Positions 57,681 to 64,000 of a stretch of 64,000 bases of DNA are shown here, piece after piece. Source of the stretch: Escherichia phage ES19; the sequence record MN508616.2; one strand, given 5' to 3'. The notes beneath the pieces were generated by a model, which was given only the letters and a program-made list of their open reading frames with translations, was not told the DNA's origin and did not search any database. Position 1 is the stretch's first letter, and every line of letters begins with the position of its first letter. Made by a program: the position numbers and the translations under genes.

Positions 57681-60600
57681 CAGTAAAAGCACCTTCAGTC
57701 ACTAGTCTCAGAATTTCCAAGTTATCCGCAAATCAGGTGCAAGTACGCTGGGATGACGTTGGTGCTAATTTCTACTATTTTGTAGAAATCGCTGAGACAA
57801 AAACGAACTCGGGGGAAAATCTCCCGAGTAATCAATACAGATGGATTAACTTAGGATATACTGCAAATAACAGCTTCTTTTTTGATGATGCTGACCCATT
57901 GACATCATACATTATCAGAGTAGCTACAGCTGCGCAAGATTTTGAGCAGTCTGATTGGATTTATACCGAAGAGTTTGAAACTTTTGCTACAAATGCTTAT
58001 ACATTTCAAAACATGATTGAAATGCAATTAGCCAATAAATTCATTCAGGAAAAATTTACTCTTAATAATTCTGATTATGTTAATTTTAACAATGACACTA
58101 TAATGGCTGCATTGATGAATGAATCATTTCAATTCAGCCCATCGTATGTTGATGTTTCATCAATAAGTAATTTTATTATTGGTGAAAATGAGTATCATGA
58201 AATACAAGGTTCTATTCAGCAAGTATGTAAGGATATTAACCGAGTTTATTTGATGGAATCAGAAGGAATTCTATATCTTTTTGAGCGCTATCAACCTGTA
58301 GTTAAAGTATCCAATGATAAAGGACAAACCTGGAAAGCCGTAAAGCTCTTCAATGACCGTGTAGGATATCCTTTATCTAAGACAGTATATTACCAATCTG
58401 CGAACACAACATACGTTCTAGGATACGACAAGATTTTCTATGGCCGTAAATCGACTGACGTTAGATGGTCAGCAGATGATGTCAGATTCAGTTCGCAGGA
58501 TATAACATTTGCTAAACTTGGCGACCAGTTACATTTAGGATTTGATGTAGAAATCTTTGGTACTTATGCGACTTTACCAGCGAATGTATATCGTATAGCT
58601 GAAGCCATTACTTGTACGGATGATTATATCTATGTTGTTGCCAGAGATAAAGTTAGATATATAAAAACGAGCAATGCACCTATAGATTCTGATCCATTAT
58701 TTCCAACATATTCGGAAAGGCTATTTGAACCTGATACAATGACTATAACTGGAAATCCTAAAGCAGTATGCTATAAAATGGATTCTATTGGTGATAAAGT
58801 TTTTGCTCTTATTATCGGTGAAGTTGAAACATTAAATGCTAATCCTAGAACGTCAAAAATAATTGATTCTACTGATAAAGGAATATATGTTTTAAATCAT
58901 GACACAAAAACGTGGAAAAGAGTTTTTGGCAACACTGAAGAAGAAAGAAGACGTATTCAACCTGGGTATGCGAATATGTCAACTGATGGTAAATTAGTTT
59001 CTCTATCTTCGAGTAATTTTAAATTTTTAAATGATAACGTTGTTAATGACCCTGAAACTGTAGCAAAATATCAGTTAATCGGTGCCGTTAAATATGAATT
59101 TCCTCGTGAATGGTTAGCTGATAAGCATTATCATATGATGGCATTTATAGCAGATGAAAAGTCTGATTGGGAAACTTTTACGCCTCAGCCAATGAAATAC
59201 TATGCAGAACCATTCTTTAACTGGTCTAAAAAGTCTAATACACGGTGCTGGATAAACAACTCTAATAGAGCTGTAGTAGTTTATGCTGATTTAAAATACA
59301 CTAAAGTTATAGAAAATATTCCGGAAACATCACCAGATAGATTAGTTCATGAATACTGGGATGATGGTGATTGTACGATAGTAATGCCAAATGTTAAATT
59401 CACGGGATTTAAAAAATATGCGTCTGGGATGCTTTTTTATAAATCTTCTGGTGAAATAATTTCTTATTATGATTTTAACTATCGTGTGAGAGATACAGTA
59501 GAAATTATTTGGAAGCCGACTGGAGTATTTTTAAAAGCATTTTTACAAAACCAAGAGCATGAGACTCCTTGGTCGCCAGAAGAAGAGCATGGATTAGCTG
59601 ACCCTGATTTAAGACCATTAATTGGCACAATGATGCCTGATTCTTATTTGTTGCAGGATTCGAATTTTGAGGCATTTTGTGAAGCATATATTCAATATCT
59701 TTCTGACGGATACGGAACTCAGTATAATAATTTACGAAATTTAATTCGTAATCAGTATCCACGAGAAGAGCATGCGTGGGAATATTTGTGGTCAGAGATA
59801 TATAAAAGAAACATTTATTTAAATGCTGACAAACGTGATGCTGTTGCAAGATTTTTTGAATCACGTAGTTATGATTTTTATTCTACTAAAGGAATTGAAG
59901 CATCATACAAATTTCTTTTTAAAGTTCTTTATAATGAAGAAGTTGAAATTGAAATTGAATCTGGGGCTGGTACTGAATATGACATAATCGTTCAATCTGA
60001 TTCTTTGACTGAAGATTTAGTAGGACAAACGATTTATACAGCCACAGGAAGATGTAATGTTACTTATATAGAAAGAAGTTATTCTAATGGTAAATTGCAA
60101 TGGACCGTAACTATTCATAATCTTTTGGGAAGATTAATTGCTGGTCAAGAAGTTAAAGCAGAAAGACTCCCTAGTTTTGAAGGCGAAATTATTCGTGGAG
60201 TTAAAGGAAAGGATTTGCTTCAAAACAATATAGACTATATTAATAGAAGTAGATCATACTATGTAATGAAAATTAAATCCAATTTACCTTCTTCCCGCTG
60301 GAAATCTGACGTTATTCGTTTTGTTCATCCAGTAGGATTTGGATTTATAGCAATTACCCTTTTAACGATGTTTATTAATGTTGGTTTAACTCTTAAACAT
60401 ACAGAGACTATAATTAATAAATACAAAAACTATAAATGGGATTCTGGATTGCCTACTGAATATGCTGATAGAGTAGCTAAATTAACTCCAACCGGTGAAA
60501 TTGAGTATGATTCAGTAACAGGCGAAGCAATTTATGAGCCTGGCCCAATGGCTGGTGTAGAATATCCTCTTCCTGATGACTATAATGCTGAAAATAATAA

Positions 60601-60775
60601 TTCAATATTTCAAGGTCAATTGCCGTCTGAACGACGTAAATTAATGAGTCCCCTATTTGATGCTTCTGGAACAACATTTGCGCAATTTAGGGATTTAGTT
60701 AATAAACGTCTAAAAGATAATATAGGAAATCCAAGAGACCCTGAAAATCCAACACAGGTTAAAATAGATGAATGA
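57677..60775 (+). CDS. 7: baseplate wedge protein gp7
   Basis: 1032-aa ORF; length matches T4 gp7. Confidence 0.9.
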   Translation: MTVKAPSVTSLRISKLSANQVQVRWDDVGANFYYFVEIAETKTNSGENLPSNQYRWINLGYTANNSFFFDDADPLTSYIIRVATAAQDFEQSDWIYTEEFETFATNAYTFQNMIEMQLANKFIQEKFTLNNSDYVNFNNDTIMAALMNESFQFSPSYVDVSSISNFIIGENEYHEIQGSIQQVCKDINRVYLMESEGILYLFERYQPVVKVSNDKGQTWKAVKLFNDRVGYPLSKTVYYQSANTTYVLGYDKIFYGRKSTDVRWSADDVRFSSQDITFAKLGDQLHLGFDVEIFGTYATLPANVYRIAEAITCTDDYIYVVARDKVRYIKTSNAPIDSDPLFPTYSERLFEPDTMTITGNPKAVCYKMDSIGDKVFALIIGEVETLNANPRTSKIIDSTDKGIYVLNHDTKTWKRVFGNTEEERRRIQPGYANMSTDGKLVSLSSSNFKFLNDNVVNDPETVAKYQLIGAVKYEFPREWLADKHYHMMAFIADEKSDWETFTPQPMKYYAEPFFNWSKKSNTRCWINNSNRAVVVYADLKYTKVIENIPETSPDRLVHEYWDDGDCTIVMPNVKFTGFKKYASGMLFYKSSGEIISYYDFNYRVRDTVEIIWKPTGVFLKAFLQNQEHETPWSPEEEHGLADPDLRPLIGTMMPDSYLLQDSNFEAFCEAYIQYLSDGYGTQYNNLRNLIRNQYPREEHAWEYLWSEIYKRNIYLNADKRDAVARFFESRSYDFYSTKGIEASYKFLFKVLYNEEVEIEIESGAGTEYDIIVQSDSLTEDLVGQTIYTATGRCNVTYIERSYSNGKLQWTVTIHNLLGRLIAGQEVKAERLPSFEGEIIRGVKGKDLLQNNIDYINRSRSYYVMKIKSNLPSSRWKSDVIRFVHPVGFGFIAITLLTMFINVGLTLKHTETIINKYKNYKWDSGLPTEYADRVAKLTPTGEIEYDSVTGEAIYEPGPMAGVEYPLPDDYNAENNNSIFQGQLPSERRKLMSPLFDASGTTFAQFRDLVNKRLKDNIGNPRDPENPTQVKIDE

Positions 60776-61772
60776 TTCAAGTGTTATCTATCGTGCGATA
60801 GTTACTTCAAAATTTAGAACAGAAAAAATGCTGAATTTTTATAATTCAATTGGAAGTGGTCCGGATAAAAACACTATCTTTATCACATTTGGAAGATCAG
60901 AACCGTGGTCATCAAATGAAAATGAGGTGGGCTTTGCCCCACCTTATCCAACCGATTCTGTATTAGGCGTAACTGACATGTGGACGCATATGATGGGAAC
61001 AGTAAAAGTTCTTCCATCAATGCTTGATGCTGTTATTCCTCGCAGAGATTGGGGAGATACTAGATATCCGGATCCATACACATTTAGAATTAACGATATT
61101 GTAGTGTGTAACTCAGCTCCTTACAACGCTACTGAATCAGGCGCAGGCTGGTTAGTATATCGTTGTTTAGATGTTCCTGATACCGGAATGTGTTCAATAG
61201 CATCTTTAACTAATAAGGATGAATGCCTCAAATTAGGCGGAAAATGGACTCCTTCTGTTAGGTCAATGACTCCTCCTGAAGGTCGAGGAGATGCGGAAGG
61301 AACAATCGAACCTGGAGACGGATATGTTTGGGAATATCTTTTTGAGATTCCGCCCGATGTATCTATAAATAGATGCACAAATGAATATATCGTAGTTCCT
61401 TGGCCTGAGGAATTAAAAGAAGACCCAACTAGATGGGGGTATGAAGATAATCTCACTTGGCAACAAGATGATTTTGGATTAATTTACCGGGTTAAGGCAA
61501 ATACTATCCGTTTTAAAGCATATTTAGATTCAGTTTACTTTCCTGATGCTGCATTGCCAGGAAATAAAGGATTTAGACAAATATCAATAATCACAAATCC
61601 TCTTGAAGCTAAAGCTCATCCAAATGACCCAAATGTTAAAGCTGAAAAGGATTATTATGATCCAGAAGATTTAATGAGGCATTCGGGCGAAATGATTTAT
61701 ATGGAAAATAGGCCACCTATTATCATGGCAATGGATCAGACAGAAGAAATCAATATTCTGTTTACATTTTAA
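60768..61772 (+). CDS. 8: baseplate wedge protein gp8
   Basis: 334-aa ORF; length matches T4 gp8. Confidence 0.9.
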   Translation: MNDSSVIYRAIVTSKFRTEKMLNFYNSIGSGPDKNTIFITFGRSEPWSSNENEVGFAPPYPTDSVLGVTDMWTHMMGTVKVLPSMLDAVIPRRDWGDTRYPDPYTFRINDIVVCNSAPYNATESGAGWLVYRCLDVPDTGMCSIASLTNKDECLKLGGKWTPSVRSMTPPEGRGDAEGTIEPGDGYVWEYLFEIPPDVSINRCTNEYIVVPWPEELKEDPTRWGYEDNLTWQQDDFGLIYRVKANTIRFKAYLDSVYFPDAALPGNKGFRQISIITNPLEAKAHPNDPNVKAEKDYYDPEDLMRHSGEMIYMENRPPIIMAMDQTEEINILFTF

Positions 61773-61777
61773 ATTAA

Positions 61778-61803
61778 GGGAGCCCATGGGCTCCCTTTTT
61801 CTT
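61778..61803 (+). terminator. intrinsic terminator after gene 8
   Basis: Plus-strand GGGAGCCCATGGGCTCCC hairpin followed by TTTTTCTTT. Confidence 0.65.
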
Positions 61804-61811
61804 TATAAATA
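61804..61811 (+). promoter_or_regulatory. late promoter (TATAAATA) for gene 9
   Basis: Plus-strand TATAAATA about 25 nt upstream of the gene 9 ATG. Confidence 0.6.
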
Positions 61812-61835
61812 CTATAAACTCATAAGGAAACCGCT

Positions 61836-62702
61836 ATGTTCATTCAAGAACCAAAGAAATTGATTGATACCGGCGAAATTGGTAACGCTTCTACTGGTGA
61901 TATCTTATTCGACGGTGGTAATAAAATTAATAGTGATTTTAACGCAATTTATAATGCGTTTGGCGATCAGCGTAAAATGGCAGTAGCAAATGGCACTGGA
62001 GCAGATGGTCAAATTATCCATGCTACTGGATATTATCAAAAGCACTCTATCGCGGAGTACGCAACTCCAGTGAAAGTTGGCACTAGACATGATATTGATA
62101 CCTCTACTGTAGGTGTTAAAGTTATTATTGAAAGAGGAGAACTTGGCGATTGTGTTGAATTCATTAACTCTAATGGATCAATATCAGTTACTAATCCTTT
62201 AACGATTCAGGCTATTGATTCAATTAAAGGTGTTTCGGGTAATTTGGTAGTAACTAGCCCATATAGTAAAGTTACTTTACGTTGTATTTCATCTGATAAT
62301 TCTACGTCAGTTTGGAATTATTCTATTGAAAGTATGTTTGGCCAAAAGGAATCACCGGCCGAAGGTACATGGAATATTTCTACATCTGGGTCAGTTGACA
62401 TTCCATTGTTTCATCGTACTGAATATAACATGGCTAAATTGTTAGTTACATGCCAATCAGTAGATGGAAGAAAAATTAAAACGGCAGAAATAAATATTCT
62501 TGTAGATACTGTTAATTCAGCGGTCATTTCTTCTGAATATGCTGTCATGCGGGTTGGAAATGAAACAGAAGAAGACGAAATCGCTAATATTGCATTTAGT
62601 ATTAAAGAAAATTATGTAACGGCAACTATAAGTTCTTCAACTGTCGGTATGAGAGCAGCAGTTAAAGTTATCGCTACGCAGAAAATCGGGGTGGCTCAAT
62701 AA
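61836..62702 (+). CDS. 9: baseplate protein gp9 (long-tail-fibre socket)
   Basis: 288-aa ORF MFIQEPKKLIDTGEIGNASTGDILFDGGNKINSDFNAIYNAFG...; matches T4 gp9. Confidence 0.9.
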   Translation: MFIQEPKKLIDTGEIGNASTGDILFDGGNKINSDFNAIYNAFGDQRKMAVANGTGADGQIIHATGYYQKHSIAEYATPVKVGTRHDIDTSTVGVKVIIERGELGDCVEFINSNGSISVTNPLTIQAIDSIKGVSGNLVVTSPYSKVTLRCISSDNSTSVWNYSIESMFGQKESPAEGTWNISTSGSVDIPLFHRTEYNMAKLLVTCQSVDGRKIKTAEINILVDTVNSAVISSEYAVMRVGNETEEDEIANIAFSIKENYVTATISSSTVGMRAAVKVIATQKIGVAQ

Positions 62703-64000
62703 TGAAACAAAATATTAATATCGGTAATGTTGTTGATGATGGTACCGGTGACTACCTGCGTAAAGGTGGTATAAAAATAAATGAAAACTTTGATGAACTT
62801 TATTATGAACTTGGCGATGGAGATGTTCCATATTCAGCCGGTGCCTGGAAAACTTATAATGCTTCATCCGGTCAAACATTAAAAGCTAAGTGGGGAAAAT
62901 CATACGCTATTAATACCTCTTCTGGAAGAGTAACTTTACAACTTCCTAAAGGAACTGTTAATGATTATAATAAAGTAATTAGAGCTAGGGATGTATTTGC
63001 AACATGGAACATTAATCCAGTTACTTTAGTAGCTGCTTCTGGGGATACAATTAAAGGGTCGTCATCGTCAGTTGAAATTAATATTCAATTTAGTGATTTA
63101 GAGCTCGTTTATTGTGCTCCAGGACGTTGGGAATATGTCAAAAACAAACAAATTGACAAAATTATTAGTTCAGATATTAGTAATGTAGCACGTAAAGAAT
63201 TTTTAGTCGAAGTTCAAGGACAAACAGACTTTTTAGATGTTTTCCGCGGAACTAGCTATAATGTTAATAACATCCGAGTAAAACACCGCGGTAACGAATT
63301 ATATTACGGCGATGTATTTAGTGAAAACAGTGACTTTGGCTCTCCTGGGGAAAATGAAGGAGAATTAATTCCTCTTGATGGATTTAATATTAGGTTAAGA
63401 CAGCCTTGTAATATTGGCGACACTGTTCAAATTGAAACGTTTATGGATGGTGTATCACAATGGAGAAGTTCATATACAAGACGCCAAATAAAAGTGTTAG
63501 ATTCAAAACTAACATCAAAGACTTCTTTAGAAGGAAGCATTTATGTTACTGATTTATCGGCGATGAAATCAATTCCATTTTCAGCTTTTGGATTAATTCC
63601 TGGCGAACCCATTAATCCTAATTCTCTTGAGGTTCGTTTTAATGGAATTTTACAGCAACAGGCTGGAACAGCTGGGTATCCTCTGTTTTTGTGCGAAGGC
63701 GCTAATTCAGATACGCAAGAAGGATGTATATCTCTTGGTGGCGAATGGAAAGAATCAAATACAGATTATTCTATAGAATATGAAGATGGAAAACCTACCA
63801 GTCTTTTATTTGATAGAAAATTTGAATCAGGCGATATAATCGTTATAACGTGGTTCAATAATGATTTAGGAACTCTTTTAGAAAAAGATGACATCATTGA
63901 ATTGACTGATGACCGTTATGTTAGCAAAGGATCGTCTACCGAAGTTACTGGCGATGTAGCCTTAACAGATTTTGATAAAATTGGCTGGCCAAATGTTGAA
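62702..64000 (+). CDS. 10: baseplate protein gp10, N-terminal part (runs off the window end)
   Basis: ATG overlaps the gp9 stop (TAATG); frame MKQNINIGNVVDDGTGDYLRKGG... is absent from the ORF track, consistent with no stop before 64000. Confidence 0.85.
   Translation, partial: MKQNINIGNVVDDGTGDYLRKGGIKINENFDELYYELGDGDVPYSAGAWKTYNASSGQTLKAKWGKSYAINTSSGRVTLQLPKGTVNDYNKVIRARDVFATWNINPVTLVAASGDTIKGSSSSVEINIQFSDLELVYCAPGRWEYVKNKQIDKIISSDISNVARKEFLVEVQGQTDFLDVFRGTSYNVNNIRVKHRGNELYYGDVFSENSDFGSPGENEGELIPLDGFNIRLRQPCNIGDTVQIETFMDGVSQWRSSYTRRQIKVLDSKLTSKTSLEGSIYVTDLSAMKSIPFSAFGLIPGEPINPNSLEVRFNGILQQQAGTAGYPLFLCEGANSDTQEGCISLGGEWKESNTDYSIEYEDGKPTSLLFDRKFESGDIIVITWFNNDLGTLLEKDDIIELTDDRYVSKGSSTEVTGDVALTDFDKIGWPNVE

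Noticed and set aside
53390-61456. Minus-strand ORFs inside late genes 5, 5.4, 7 and 8 (53390..53599, 55405..55623, 59505..59864, 61121..61456)
   Set aside because: Antisense to long, well-supported baseplate genes; no promoter or ribosome-binding site.

Overview
This window reads as a T-even (T4-like, Tequatrovirus-type) phage genome segment running from the 3' part of uvsX to the 5' part of baseplate gene 10. All calls are from reading the sequence and ORF translations by eye; no database search was run. Genes on the minus strand through 52517 are mostly early/middle functions: uvsX, a glucosyltransferase, 42, imm, 43, regA, 62, 44, 45, rpbA, 46, 47, a-gt, 55, nrdH/G/D, 49, nrdC, rI, tk, regB, denV, e and nudE, followed by internal-protein genes, an 11-gene tRNA cluster, 57A and gene 1. 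Late genes 3, 2 and 4 end the minus-strand block; the plus strand from 52565 carries baseplate genes 53, 5, 5.1, 5.4, 6, 7, 8, 9 and 10. The phage is probably not T4 itself: the beta-gt locus holds an unrelated 282-aa transferase, nrdD has no intron, no homing endonuclease was recognised, and the tRNA set has three more genes than T4's eight. The most interesting unexplained content is in the hyperplastic nrdC-tk and e-tRNA regions: a nucleotidyltransferase/P-loop ATPase/membrane-protein module, a four-gene array of coiled-coil paralogs, tandem membrane-protein paralogs, several capsid-targeted internal-protein candidates, a tRNA-like non-coding element, and early promoters embedded in co-varying palindromes. 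None of these could be confirmed as novel without database searches.
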